Below, in pieces: positions 27,083-36,570 of a stretch of 64,000 bases of DNA. The position numbers and the translations under genes are program-made. Below the pieces are notes generated by a model, which was not told where the DNA came from, searched no databases, and saw nothing but the letters and a program-made list of their open reading frames with translations. Position 1 is the stretch's first letter. Each line of letters starts with the position of its first letter. This stretch comes from a virus (taxonomy: Duplodnaviria; Caudoviricetes): the IMG/VR virus record IMGVR_UViG_2595698619_000001, positions 1-64,000 of that record. One strand, 5' to 3'.

Positions 27083-27543
27083 GCGAGGTCCCTCCGTTCG
27101 AGGAGAATCTGCTCGTCCTCACCTTTCACGTATCGCACCTTGGTACTACTCTTCGACTGAACGTGGATGCCCTCTGGCACGTCTTCGTCGGTGTCGTCAC
27201 GCGCGTCCATCAACTCCTCGTAGGAGTCGAACCGTTCCTGCACCACAGGGATACCTCGCCGGTTGCCCGACTCAGTCAGGTCCTCCTTGAGCGTGACGAA
27301 AACCCACCAGAACTTCTCCTGGTCGAGTGACGCGAACAGCGACGTGGGCGTCTGCGCCCACTCCTCATCAGCGAGACCTTCGTCGTCCTCGACCTCCTCA
27401 CCCATGGTGTCTACCTCGTCGTAGTCCTCCTTGACGCCGACTGGGTCGAGCGGGTCCTGTTCATCGTCCTGGGTGGTGTCGTTCTGTTCGTCCTCTACCT
27501 CGTCCACTATCGTCGGTTTGCTTGAGAATGGGTTCTCACTCAT
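27079..27543 (-). CDS. Hypothetical protein with acidic NPF N-terminus
   Basis: MSENPFSS start. Confidence 0.65.
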   Translation of the reverse strand: MSENPFSSKPTIVDEVEDEQNDTTQDDEQDPLDPVGVKEDYDEVDTMGEEVEDDEGLADEEWAQTPTSLFASLDQEKFWWVFVTLKEDLTESGNRRGIPVVQERFDSYEELMDARDDTDEDVPEGIHVQSKSSTKVRYVKGEDEQILLERRDLA

Positions 27544-27925
27544 GTATTTTCTCCTCCAGCATGGCGTCGTCCATGATATGAACTTCCGCCTCGATAACAC
27601 GCTTCTCGGTGTTGTTCTCGACAACTGTGCCGGTCGACTCGAAGTCCTCTGCCCACCTGTCGAGATACAGCGACCAGTCGTTCAGTTTCCGCTCGTACAT
27701 CCGACCTACCCGCCATCGCTTGTACGGGATACGCACGAGGATGCTGTCGTTATCGCTCTCCAGAAGCGCGTGGAAGTGCGTTCCTGCTGACTGCGCCTCG
27801 TACTCCATGCGGTAGCAATCCTGCGTCAAGTGACGCTCGCGGATTTGCATGGGGATGTTCAGGTAGTTCGACGGTGGGAGATGAACTTCGGTCGTGTATT
27901 CGTCAGCGTCCTCCTGCCCGAACAT
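27536..27925 (-). CDS. Hypothetical protein
   Basis: Coupled ORF. Confidence 0.6.
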   Translation of the reverse strand: MFGQEDADEYTTEVHLPPSNYLNIPMQIRERHLTQDCYRMEYEAQSAGTHFHALLESDNDSILVRIPYKRWRVGRMYERKLNDWSLYLDRWAEDFESTGTVVENNTEKRVIEAEVHIMDDAMLEEKIHE

Positions 27926-28404
27926 TACGCCTCACCCGGTTTCTTGGGTTCGACGTCTGTCCAGTTACGACCTGACGAGATATGTCCTACTGCACCTGTT
28001 GTCACGCCGTACCCTTCTGCTATTTCACTGAGTGTCTCATCAGTATTCTCGATTTTCCACTTTATTTCTTGCACCTCTGTTTTGTGAAGACGGGCATTAC
28101 CATGCTCCTCGCCTGTCGCCGTTCGACCACGTTCATCCCGGTCCTTGATGTTGTCTTCTTGCGTTCCGAGATAGAGGTGGTTCGGGTTGACGCAGGAGCG
28201 ATTATCACACTTATGAAGCACATTTGAACCGTCTGGGTCCTCGACCTCGAGACGATACGCTACACGGTGTGCTCCTTCTGCTGATGACCGTTCGGTCCTG
28301 ATACGCCCGTACCCGTACTCGTCTTCTGCTCCCTTCCACTCCCAGCACTCATCTTCCTCACCCATATCAACCTTGGAACGGAAACGGTAGAGGAAGTCCA
28401 TCAT
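27925..28404 (-). CDS. HNH homing endonuclease
   Basis: CWEW, AHR, HKCDNRSCVNPNHL, C-terminal HTH. Confidence 0.9.
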   Translation of the reverse strand: MMDFLYRFRSKVDMGEEDECWEWKGAEDEYGYGRIRTERSSAEGAHRVAYRLEVEDPDGSNVLHKCDNRSCVNPNHLYLGTQEDNIKDRDERGRTATGEEHGNARLHKTEVQEIKWKIENTDETLSEIAEGYGVTTGAVGHISSGRNWTDVEPKKPGEA

Positions 28405-28838
28405 TACACCTCCTTCAGAATCTCGTGTACGCGCCGGCCCAGGTCAGACCTGAAGTCATCATGCACTTCCTCGGGTGCAGTTCTGAGGAAGTTGCGATAT
28501 GCGTTATATCGCCCGGACGACGTTTTGTAAATCAGAATTTCTGCCTCCCGGAGCTGCTTCGGGAGAATCGAGAACATGAACGACCATGTCCCCGTAACCT
28601 GATACGGGATAACGTACTTGTCCTGTTCGAGTTTACGCTCGACTGCCTTCTCCAGAGCGACCTTGTCCACGTTGTGCGAACTGAAGTTCCACACTACAGT
28701 CCCATCAACGACGTGCGGATTCGCAACTCGCCCGCGGATGAAGTCCTGCACTTCGTCGAGCGAAGTGCTCTCGTCCACGAGGAGCGCGTCGTCCGCGTAT
28801 GCCGTGCCGAACGATTTCTTTTCGTTGTTGTCTGCCAT
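28404..28838 (-). CDS. Hypothetical protein
   Basis: MADNNEK start downstream of the tRNA. Confidence 0.6.
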   Translation of the reverse strand: MADNNEKKSFGTAYADDALLVDESTSLDEVQDFIRGRVANPHVVDGTVVWNFSSHNVDKVALEKAVERKLEQDKYVIPYQVTGTWSFMFSILPKQLREAEILIYKTSSGRYNAYRNFLRTAPEEVHDDFRSDLGRRVHEILKEV

Positions 28839-28884
28839 CTTTTCTTGCCTCCGTATTTCTATCATGGCGCCCGGCGGCGCTAGA

Positions 28885-28959
28885 TTGTCCCCGCGAGATT
28901 TGAACTCGCGTCCAGCGCTCCAAAGGCGCTGAGGATTGGCCAAACTACCCCAGGGGACT
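28885..28959 (-). tRNA. tRNA-Gln (UUG)
   Basis: Cloverleaf: GTCCCC/GGGGAC acceptor, AGCGC-CTTTGGA-GCGCT anticodon arm, GCGAG-TTCAAAT-CTCGC T arm; no CCA; TATAAA upstream. Confidence 0.92.
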
Positions 28960-29048
28960 GCTCGCGTGTCACGGCGCGACCCGTGCCTCACACATTATCC
29001 CGTACCATTTATAGTTCCTTCGGTTGTCCGAAGGCTTAGGCGTTCTCT

Positions 29049-29210
29049 CTAGGTTCTCTCTTCTTCGTTCTCCTCCTCACTACCTCCTATGAAGTCCTCG
29101 ATGGGACCTTCTCGAACGACCCGCCCGAACTGCAACTTCCAGCGTCCCACGCGGATGTCTATCAGTTGATTCATCTCCTGAACCGTCGGTGTGTCGTTGT
29201 CGTCGGACAT
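29049..29210 (-). CDS. Small hypothetical protein
   Basis: MSDDNDTP; TGATG coupling. Confidence 0.5.
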   Translation of the reverse strand: MSDDNDTPTVQEMNQLIDIRVGRWKLQFGRVVREGPIEDFIGGSEEENEEERT

Positions 29211-31441
29211 CAGAACATCACCTCGTTGACGAGGTTCCGAAGCGACCCGAGGATGTCCCCGTTCTGCGGGACCTGAGTCGTGCGGTCGTACCCCGGATTG
29301 CCGTAGGAGTTGCCGCCGATTTCCACGCCCAGAACCGGGAAGTTGCACTCCCCGACCTGCTTGGCGAACTGGTTCCCGTCGTCGGGTCGTCCGTCGGTTA
29401 TGACGAGCATGAAGCGCGTCGTCGTCGCGTGCTGATTGATACGGTGACGACAGAGGTACGTCGCCTGAGACAGCGGCGTACTCCCGCCCGTCGACTCGGT
29501 GAAGATGACGTTCTTCTGGTCCTCGACCTTCCCGCCGAACGGGACCTCCAGGACCGCCTCGTTCGAGTCAACGGACACCATGCTGACGTTGACGCCGACG
29601 CCTTGCAGCGACATGAGGAGCGCGCCTGCCGCGCGTTCCGCCTGACGCACCAACTGACCGCTCATCGAGGACGAACGGTCGAGGACGACGATACACTCGT
29701 AGTCCTTCTGGTCGGGGGTGTTCCGCGTCTTGAACACCTTGGTCGAGCGTCCCGAGCGGTGCATGCTGCGAGAGTCAGGCGACCCGAAACGCTTGCCGCG
29801 CTTGACCTTCGTCTTCTGCTCCTGACGCAGTTTCTGCTCCCAGAGACGCTTGAGCGCGCGACTGTCGTTCTTCGCCTGACGGAATCGGTCGGTGTTGAAG
29901 TCGTCCGATTCCGGAATCACGAGCTTCATGTTCTCGTCGGGCATATCACCCGACTCGTCGCCGCCCTTGAGGACCTCGAGGAACTCCTCGGCCTCGTCGA
30001 GCATGTCGTCGCCGCCGACCTCCTCTGCCTCACGGGAAATCTCGTCGTTGTACCGACGCTGAACGCGGTCCTCTGCCTCCTTGAGGCCGTCACCGCCCGA
30101 CCCGCGAGCGTCGCCGTCTGCGTCGTCTCCGCCGTCGCCTTCGTCGCCTTGCTCGCTGTCGTCGTCACCGCCCTCGTCACCGTCGTCGCCCTGTTCATCA
30201 CCGTCGTCGTCTCCGTCGTTGTCTGCGTCGCTCTCGCCTTCGTCGTCGTCCCCGTCGTCTCCATCGGACCCGTCGCCTTCCTCGTCAGCGTCGTCCTGCT
30301 GCTCGTCGTCTCCGCCCGCACCGTCCTCGTCACCATCTTCGTCCTCGCCTTCGTCCTCGTCACCGTCACCGAGACCCCAACCGTCGGCGTCGTCGTCCTG
30401 CTCGTCACCACCGTCACCGTCGTCGTCTTCGTCAGCGCCTTCGAGACCTCCGCCCACGTCAACCTCGATAACGATGGTGTCTCCGTCGAGGTCGTCAGCG
30501 TCACGCGACGAGTCACCGATACCCGGTTGCGCGTCGTCAGGCATCCCGTTCTCGCCGCCTCCACTGTCGGAGAGCGGGCGCTTACCGGTGACCTGAGAGT
30601 CGTCCATGAGGTCCTGGAAATCCTCCCAGAACTCCCACGTCCGCTTGTTACGCTTGCGGGCCTTCGGTTGCGTGAGCATGTCCTCGACGTAGTCCTCAAT
30701 CGTCGGGAGGAAGTCGCGGAACAGGTCCTCGTCGTCGGGCGAACCGAAGATGTGCTCTTCGTCGTTCGGGTCGAGCAACGCCTGGAGCGTGCCGCTCGCC
30801 TCGTCGTACAACTCCTCCTGCCAGAGGTCGAGGATGGCGGTGATGACCGCGTGCGCCATCGGGAACTTGTAGAACGAGTCGTCGTTGTTCTGGTCGAGCG
30901 AGTCCTGCTCGATGCCGAACCCACCAGGCTGCGCCTCGTGCAGGTTCGCGTACAGGACCTTGAAGTCGTCGCGCACGTTGAACTCCGAGGTAATCTGGCG
31001 CTCAATCGCACCGTCCTCGGCGGCGTTCCAGATGTGCTTGAACAGGTGACGACTGTTCATGTCCACCCGATTCATGTAGCGCTCGAACGACGGCCAATCC
31101 GAGAACAAGATGTGACCGCACTCGTGCATGGTCAGAACCTCCTGCACCAGGAGGTCGTACTCGTCCTCGGAAATGTCGGTCACGTCCTGCTCGTGCTTCT
31201 CGCCGGTGACGTTGATTTCCGGCGTGTCCTTGTTGAGCTTGACGTGCGCACCCTGCCCGCGAACGTACAGAACGAGGTCCGTCAGCGAGACGAGACCTGC
31301 GATTTTCTGAAGGTACGACTCGCGGCGCGAGGAGTTGCGCAACTTCTCGCCTGCGCCGACCCCGATACGCTTACGCAGCTCGTCAGGGTCGGTGTCCGGC
31401 GAGATTCGCGTGCCGGTCGTATTGTAGAGTTTCTCTTTCAT
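29210..31441 (-). CDS. VWA-domain protein (CobT-like) with N-terminal HExxH domain and long acidic linker
   Basis: HECGH...NAAED; DRSSSM MIDAS; GGSTP; ITDG. Confidence 0.88.
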   Translation of the reverse strand: MKEKLYNTTGTRISPDTDPDELRKRIGVGAGEKLRNSSRRESYLQKIAGLVSLTDLVLYVRGQGAHVKLNKDTPEINVTGEKHEQDVTDISEDEYDLLVQEVLTMHECGHILFSDWPSFERYMNRVDMNSRHLFKHIWNAAEDGAIERQITSEFNVRDDFKVLYANLHEAQPGGFGIEQDSLDQNNDDSFYKFPMAHAVITAILDLWQEELYDEASGTLQALLDPNDEEHIFGSPDDEDLFRDFLPTIEDYVEDMLTQPKARKRNKRTWEFWEDFQDLMDDSQVTGKRPLSDSGGGENGMPDDAQPGIGDSSRDADDLDGDTIVIEVDVGGGLEGADEDDDGDGGDEQDDDADGWGLGDGDEDEGEDEDGDEDGAGGDDEQQDDADEEGDGSDGDDGDDDEGESDADNDGDDDGDEQGDDGDEGGDDDSEQGDEGDGGDDADGDARGSGGDGLKEAEDRVQRRYNDEISREAEEVGGDDMLDEAEEFLEVLKGGDESGDMPDENMKLVIPESDDFNTDRFRQAKNDSRALKRLWEQKLRQEQKTKVKRGKRFGSPDSRSMHRSGRSTKVFKTRNTPDQKDYECIVVLDRSSSMSGQLVRQAERAAGALLMSLQGVGVNVSMVSVDSNEAVLEVPFGGKVEDQKNVIFTESTGGSTPLSQATYLCRHRINQHATTTRFMLVITDGRPDDGNQFAKQVGECNFPVLGVEIGGNSYGNPGYDRTTQVPQNGDILGSLRNLVNEVMF

Positions 31442-31472
31442 CCTCTGCGTCCTGTGCTTCGGCGGTCGTCGT

Positions 31473-31500
31473 CTTAATACCTCGTAGCCGAGTGAAAGTG
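31473..31500 (-). promoter_or_regulatory. CACTTTCAC-class promoter
   Basis: CACTTTCACT-N11-TATTAAG. Confidence 0.7.
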
Positions 31501-31512
31501 GAGAGAGGCGTT

Positions 31513-31701
31513 CTACTGCGCCTCGAACTCCACCCAGGTAGCAAACTCGTGCAGTTCGCTGTTCAACTCGCTACGTGCCATGCGGTCTCTCGGCACGACC
31601 ACGAGTTTCACTCCCTGGTCTCCATGCTCGACAGTCACCGATTCTACGCGCTTGTCACTACGCAGTTTGTCTGCTTCTGCGTTGGCGATTGCTTGTTCCA
31701 T
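31513..31701 (-). CDS. Small hypothetical protein
   Basis: 62-aa ORF. Confidence 0.5.
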   Translation of the reverse strand: MEQAIANAEADKLRSDKRVESVTVEHGDQGVKLVVVPRDRMARSELNSELHEFATWVEFEAQ

Positions 31702-31728
31702 GATAGCGAAAAAGGCGGGCGTCTCAGG

Positions 31729-33066
31729 TCAGAAGACCTTGTCTATGATGCCCTCGATGGCGCTCACGTCCTCCGGGTTCGCCGCGTTCTTGAAGATGCT
31801 CTTGGCGGCCTGGTTCGGGTCCATCAGCTTCGTCTTGCGACCGACCTTGATGAGGTCACGAGTGCCGATGGGCGAGTAGATGTCACCGCCCTCGTCGTCG
31901 AACATGCTGAGCTTGCGCTTCGACCCCTCGGGCAGCGCCGACCGAGGTCCTGCGAGGCGAGCGCGAATCCGGTTCGCCGTCTTGACGATGCTCTCGGCGT
32001 CACCGTCACTCAGCGGCGTGCGCGACACGAGCAGGCGCTTCTCAGCGTCCCACTCCATGTACGGAATCCACTCCTCGTAGAAGCGGTTCCGGGTCGCGTC
32101 GTTCATGTTCTGCGTCCCCGCGTAGGAGGACGGGTTGATGGTTGCGACGAACGAGAACTCGGGGTGGATGTACTGCCCGACGTGCTCCTCGTTGTCCCAC
32201 TTCTCGACCCGGGCGTAGTGCGCGGCGAGCGCCTTGTCCTCGGGCATGGTCAGGTCGTGCTTGTCGGCGGCGTCGGAAATCTCGCCGTTCTCAACGGGCA
32301 GGTCACGCAGGACCTCGCCGCGCTCCTCGATGGAGAGGAACCGCTTGCCTTCCTCCTCCAGGAGGCCGTGAAGCGGCATCGTCGCCTCACCGCCAGCGCC
32401 GTTGAACTCGTCGGCAACGAACGTGCCACCGTACCGAGCGCACCACGTCAGGAGGCCGTCCTGCCAGGTCCACCCTTCACCGTCCTGCTCCGGGACCCAC
32501 ATGCCGACGACCTTCTCCTTGTTGGTTTCGAGCCCGAAGTTGACGCGCACCATCGGACGGTTCGTCATGCCGCAGACGTGCGACACGAGGGCATTCTTCC
32601 CCGTCCCGGTATGACCCTTGAGCATGGTGTAGAACTCGGGGTCGTTCATGTCGAACGCGACCGTCTCGATGTCCGAGACGCCGCCCTCGAGCTCGCGCTT
32701 GAAGTACCCGTGCAGGGAATCGGGGACGAGCGGGTGCTCGTCGTCGTCGAGAACGTCCAGGTGATTCTCGAACTTCTCACCGTTCGGGAGGCCCGCGGGC
32801 GTGCTGAGCGAAACGATTTTGCTCAGGTTGTCCACGTCGTCTCCGCGGTTCTCCGTCTCGCCTGGGGAATCCTTCATCCCGAGAATGACCTTCTCACCGT
32901 GCGCGTCCGTGTCAGTCACGCAGTAATCCCAGACGTAGGATTCTGCCGTGACCTGCTGAACGTCCTGCTGTTCCATGAGCGATTCCACAGTCGGCTCGAA
33001 CGCAAGCTCACCGTCGTCGCTGTCAGCGAACATCTCGGCGAGCTGCTTCCTTGCTGCTTTTGACAT
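31729..33066 (-). CDS. MoxR/CobS-like AAA+ ATPase
   Basis: GHTGTGKN, ADEFN, ATIN, RNRF. Confidence 0.9.
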   Translation of the reverse strand: MSKAARKQLAEMFADSDDGELAFEPTVESLMEQQDVQQVTAESYVWDYCVTDTDAHGEKVILGMKDSPGETENRGDDVDNLSKIVSLSTPAGLPNGEKFENHLDVLDDDEHPLVPDSLHGYFKRELEGGVSDIETVAFDMNDPEFYTMLKGHTGTGKNALVSHVCGMTNRPMVRVNFGLETNKEKVVGMWVPEQDGEGWTWQDGLLTWCARYGGTFVADEFNGAGGEATMPLHGLLEEEGKRFLSIEERGEVLRDLPVENGEISDAADKHDLTMPEDKALAAHYARVEKWDNEEHVGQYIHPEFSFVATINPSSYAGTQNMNDATRNRFYEEWIPYMEWDAEKRLLVSRTPLSDGDAESIVKTANRIRARLAGPRSALPEGSKRKLSMFDDEGGDIYSPIGTRDLIKVGRKTKLMDPNQAAKSIFKNAANPEDVSAIEGIIDKVF

Positions 33067-33109
33067 TTTCTTTTCGACCTCTCGCGTCCTCTACTTCACA
33101 CCCCGGGAC

Positions 33110-33137
33110 CATAAAGTCGAGGAGCGGGGTGAAAGTG
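33110..33137 (-). promoter_or_regulatory. CACTTTCAC-class promoter
   Basis: CACTTTCACC-N11-CTTTATG. Confidence 0.7.
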
Positions 33138-33139
33138 GT

Positions 33140-33547
33140 CTAACCGTCATCTTCGAGCAGAGCGTCTCTCATCGACTCGAAGTCCAGGCAGTACGTCTCT
33201 TCGTCAACGTCGAACGTGACGGGCAACTCTCGTTCTCCGCCACCCAGCTTGTGGAACTCCTCAGGTTTCAGGTCGAGGAACTCCAGAATCACCACCAGGT
33301 CGTTCGTCAGGTCCCACGTTTCAGGCGGGGACATCTGAGTCATTATCCTGCGCCCGTCGTCTGTCTCGACACCGATGCCGACGACTACGTTCTCCAGGGA
33401 GTCATCGTCCTCGAAGATGGGATACTCGCCCGATTCAGTCTCGAGCGTCGTCCCGACGATTTGCCCCATGGCAGAATACTCGTCACCCTTCAGTACGCGC
33501 AGTTTCGCCTCGAACTTCTGAGTGTCGTCGTCAGCTCCCATCGCCAT
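33140..33547 (-). CDS. Hypothetical protein
   Basis: Acidic ORF. Confidence 0.6.
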   Translation of the reverse strand: MAMGADDDTQKFEAKLRVLKGDEYSAMGQIVGTTLETESGEYPIFEDDDSLENVVVGIGVETDDGRRIMTQMSPPETWDLTNDLVVILEFLDLKPEEFHKLGGGERELPVTFDVDEETYCLDFESMRDALLEDDG

Positions 33548-33578
33548 CTCCTCGTGAAGGTGTAACCATTCTGACTGC

Positions 33579-34001
33579 CTACACAGGCGCGTTCGGGTCA
33601 TTTCTGAGCATCACCACTTGTTCTGCGAGCCACTCGGCCTCGTCCTCAGCATCCTCACGGGACGCGGCACGCTCATGCCCTACGCGCACCTCTATCCAGC
33701 CATCGTCGTCGTAGTGCATGATATTGGCGTCGAACATCTCGGCGGCACGCTGCATGACGTCTTCCGGCCAGTTGACCTCAACGCCTGCCACCCAGAATTT
33801 CTGACGCGACTTGGTGATGGCTTCGTCCGTTTCCTCGACTTCTGTCTTGCGCACGCGACACTGAACGCCTGCACACAGGAAGTAGTCACCCTGCACGGAA
33901 TCGACCACGTCCTCCAGGTCGTCCTCGGTAAACCCCATGTCGAGGTTGTCGAGGTCCATGTCAGCGAACTCTTCCGCCGGGTCAGGTACCTCGTCGCTCA
34001 T
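33579..34001 (-). CDS. Hypothetical protein
   Basis: Acidic ORF, coupled. Confidence 0.65.
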   Translation of the reverse strand: MSDEVPDPAEEFADMDLDNLDMGFTEDDLEDVVDSVQGDYFLCAGVQCRVRKTEVEETDEAITKSRQKFWVAGVEVNWPEDVMQRAAEMFDANIMHYDDDGWIEVRVGHERAASREDAEDEAEWLAEQVVMLRNDPNAPV

Positions 34002-34444
34002 GCGTGCATGACAAGTTGCTCGCAGACCCATTCCACCTCGTCGCGGATGTCTTCGAGCGACGGTTCCTCGCCATCGACCAGTTGCAGGTGCAGAGTGTCG
34101 AACCCGACGTAGCGCCCGCGCTTGACGAGCCCGTTCGGTTGGTCGACCTCGAGAACATCGTTCAGACGCTGTGCCGTCGCGTCTGCGATACTCTCCGGTC
34201 CTTCAACGACTCCGATGTACGACTCGGTCATCAGTTCCTCCTCGGCGTCCTCGTCGTCTGCCGCCTGTCTGTACCACTTCTTCTCCTCGACCACGCACGT
34301 CATACCGTTCTTCTCCCAACGGTCAACGGGGTTGCAGACGACCCACTCCTCGTACTCGTCGTCCACACTCTCCAGGTCGAGGCGCTTCGGGTCCTCGTCG
34401 TTCTGTTCTGTGTCCTCTGGGGTTATCATGTCGTCAGCGTCCAT
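33998..34444 (-). CDS. Hypothetical protein
   Basis: Acidic ORF. Confidence 0.65.
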   Translation of the reverse strand: MDADDMITPEDTEQNDEDPKRLDLESVDDEYEEWVVCNPVDRWEKNGMTCVVEEKKWYRQAADDEDAEEELMTESYIGVVEGPESIADATAQRLNDVLEVDQPNGLVKRGRYVGFDTLHLQLVDGEEPSLEDIRDEVEWVCEQLVMHA

Positions 34445-34501
34445 CTGTTTTGCCTCGGTTGCTCGTTCGTTATCCGGAATAATATCGGTACGGTTCCAGA
34501 A

Positions 34502-35164
34502 CTACGGGCGTCTCTCGGTCCACCGCGGGTGATTCTTCGCCGGCGGGTCCTGCATGACGACCCACGACTTCTCACTACAGTTCGCGCAGTAGGACATATG
34601 ACGCTCCGGGTCCTTGACCTTCTTCGACTTCTTCTGTCTCCACAGGACGAGCCCGCACCCGTCGCAGACGATGAAGTACCGCGGGTCGGGTTCATCGTAG
34701 CGAGAGATGTTGGTCACGTCGAGACGTTTCGCCTCCTCGATGAAGGTAGGTCCGTGACCCATGTAGCCGTACTCGACGAAGTTGGAAGCGTGCACCAGCT
34801 CGTGCTTGACCGTGTTCCGCAGACGCTCCCACTCGTACCCGCGCTTCTTGTATGCGTCCCACGACAGGATGACTTCCACGTCGTAGGGTTCGTTCTCGTC
34901 ACAGCGACCGAGCAGGCGCGTCATACGCCCGCTCTCACGCATGGTGACCATGTCACGAGTGAGGACCTCGAACCCGTACTCCTCGAAGACCCACTCCATG
35001 TACGCCTCTGCGTACTGCATGAATCGGTCCCGCGTTTCTGGGTCCTTCTCCCACTCTTGCTGACCAGTCTGTGCCTCCTTGGAGGCGTTCGCGTCCACGC
35101 CGTCCATCGTCAACGACTTCTTCTGAAACGGGTTCGCTCCTGAGCCCGGGCAGTGTCTGCACAT
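34502..35164 (-). CDS. SprT-like Zn metalloprotease
   Basis: KHELVHA...GHGPTF, C-terminal CDGC/CANC. Confidence 0.85.
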   Translation of the reverse strand: MCRHCPGSGANPFQKKSLTMDGVDANASKEAQTGQQEWEKDPETRDRFMQYAEAYMEWVFEEYGFEVLTRDMVTMRESGRMTRLLGRCDENEPYDVEVILSWDAYKKRGYEWERLRNTVKHELVHASNFVEYGYMGHGPTFIEEAKRLDVTNISRYDEPDPRYFIVCDGCGLVLWRQKKSKKVKDPERHMSYCANCSEKSWVVMQDPPAKNHPRWTERRP

Positions 35165-35206
35165 ATCTGTTTGTCCTCCTGCACCCGTCACTACACGGGG
35201 TGGGAA

Positions 35207-35234
35207 TATCAAAGTGAGTAGCGGGGTGAAAGTG
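35207..35234 (-). promoter_or_regulatory. CACTTTCAC-class promoter
   Basis: CACTTTCACC-N11-TTTGATA. Confidence 0.6.
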
Positions 35235-35438
35235 TTATTCTTCGTCGCCGTCGTTCTCGACTGCGTTCCGACACGACCCGCAGACCTCCTTGCCCTTCAC
35301 GAGACCTACCTGGTGAATCCCGGCGACTTCCATGCGCATGAGCGTCTCGCCTGCGTCCTCTCCGCAGTACGTCTCGTCGTCCGTTTCTTTGATATGCGTT
35401 ACTGTCGCGCCGTCAGTGAATCGGAATGTCTCTGTCAT
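35235..35438 (-). CDS. Small Zn-binding protein
   Basis: H..TYCG...CGSC. Confidence 0.6.
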   Translation of the reverse strand: MTETFRFTDGATVTHIKETDDETYCGEDAGETLMRMEVAGIHQVGLVKGKEVCGSCRNAVENDGDEE

Positions 35439-35453
35439 GGTACACGTTGTTGT

Positions 35454-36569
35454 TTAGAACTCGAGCACGTTGTCGCTTTCGCCGTCGAACCAACCGTTCT
35501 GCCACCGCGTGCGAATCTGATACGCCCAGTGCATGACAGAACGCTCGTATGCCTCGAAGTTACGATTCTGAACGATGTCTGGGTCAACGAGGTGCGACCC
35601 AGCAACGTCCCGCGGTTTTGGGAACGCCGCTGCTTGATAGAAGTCGGAATCCGGGTCCTCGCCCATTACGTCGAGCGTCGGATTCTCGAACTTCCAGTCG
35701 TGTCCCGACCAGTAACGATTAGCAACGTTCGCCATCTTGTTGATGGCGTTGCCGTCAATCGAGACAATATCACCGTCGAACTCCCTAATCATGTCCATCT
35801 GCTTCGCAGGAGCGCCTCCGAGAAGGTGAATATCCCGACCGTGGTAGTCGATTAGTTCGCCTTCTGCCGCGCCGTAAGTCGTCGGGACACTGTATCCCAC
35901 GACCATATCGTCTGGGACGTGCTCGACCTGGTTCGACCCGTGCGGGACGACCTGAACGTTCTCCGCGTACTGATTCAGGATTTCCGCGCGTTCGTTGATG
36001 AGCGAGATGTTCGAGTCGGGATGAGACGGGTCGTGCTTGGTGTAGTCACCGCCGACCACGTACTCAGGTTCGTACTTCTTGCACGCCTGCACGAGACGGT
36101 CGAACTCCGGGTTGTGCCAATCCATGTCTATGAAGTGGATTGGGATGCCGTCCTGCGCGAGTCGGTCGATATTGTCCAGTCGACCGCCCGTCTTGAACCC
36201 GTACTCGTATGCGATTCTCATGTGCTCGTGCCCCGCGGTCGTTATCACGTCGAAAGGCAGTTCCTCCATCCAGTCAGGAGCGAGGTCGAACGGTGCGGGG
36301 TTGTCCTCGTCGTAGTCCCACCCACCTCGTTCGTACCTGAGCATCGACTCGTTCGCTTGTTTTCCTGCGGCGAGCGTAGCGTCGAAGACGTACTGATGAG
36401 CGGGTTGTCTGTCGGGCGTGTCTGTGTCGTTGAACACCTCGCTCTCGGGTTCCTCATCGACCACGTCGTCTGGGTCAGGGTCCTCGTCAACCTCAGAGAC
36501 ACCGTTTGTCTCTTCGTCGTCCGTCGTCGGACGCGCTATGGTCGACTCGTTACTGAACGGGTTTCCCAT
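35454..36569 (-). CDS. dpdA: Putative DNA guanine transglycosylase (archaeal-virus DpdA-like)
   Basis: TGT-like motifs FIDMD, IHLLGG, SIDG; directly downstream of folE in the que cluster. Confidence 0.6.
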   Translation of the reverse strand: MGNPFSNESTIARPTTDDEETNGVSEVDEDPDPDDVVDEEPESEVFNDTDTPDRQPAHQYVFDATLAAGKQANESMLRYERGGWDYDEDNPAPFDLAPDWMEELPFDVITTAGHEHMRIAYEYGFKTGGRLDNIDRLAQDGIPIHFIDMDWHNPEFDRLVQACKKYEPEYVVGGDYTKHDPSHPDSNISLINERAEILNQYAENVQVVPHGSNQVEHVPDDMVVGYSVPTTYGAAEGELIDYHGRDIHLLGGAPAKQMDMIREFDGDIVSIDGNAINKMANVANRYWSGHDWKFENPTLDVMGEDPDSDFYQAAAFPKPRDVAGSHLVDPDIVQNRNFEAYERSVMHWAYQIRTRWQNGWFDGESDNVLEF

Positions 36570-36570
36570 G

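Noticed and set aside
30080-30560. GAC/GGC-rich low-complexity repeat
   Set aside because: Encodes the Asp/Gly linker of the VWA protein; no fixed repeat unit or spacers
29189-31477. 762-aa + strand ORF (likewise 7850..9586, 54614..56671, 12298..13506, 31492..33063)
   Set aside because: Antisense shadows of GC-rich acidic genes: Val/Leu/Arg-rich, no motifs, fully overlapping well-supported genes
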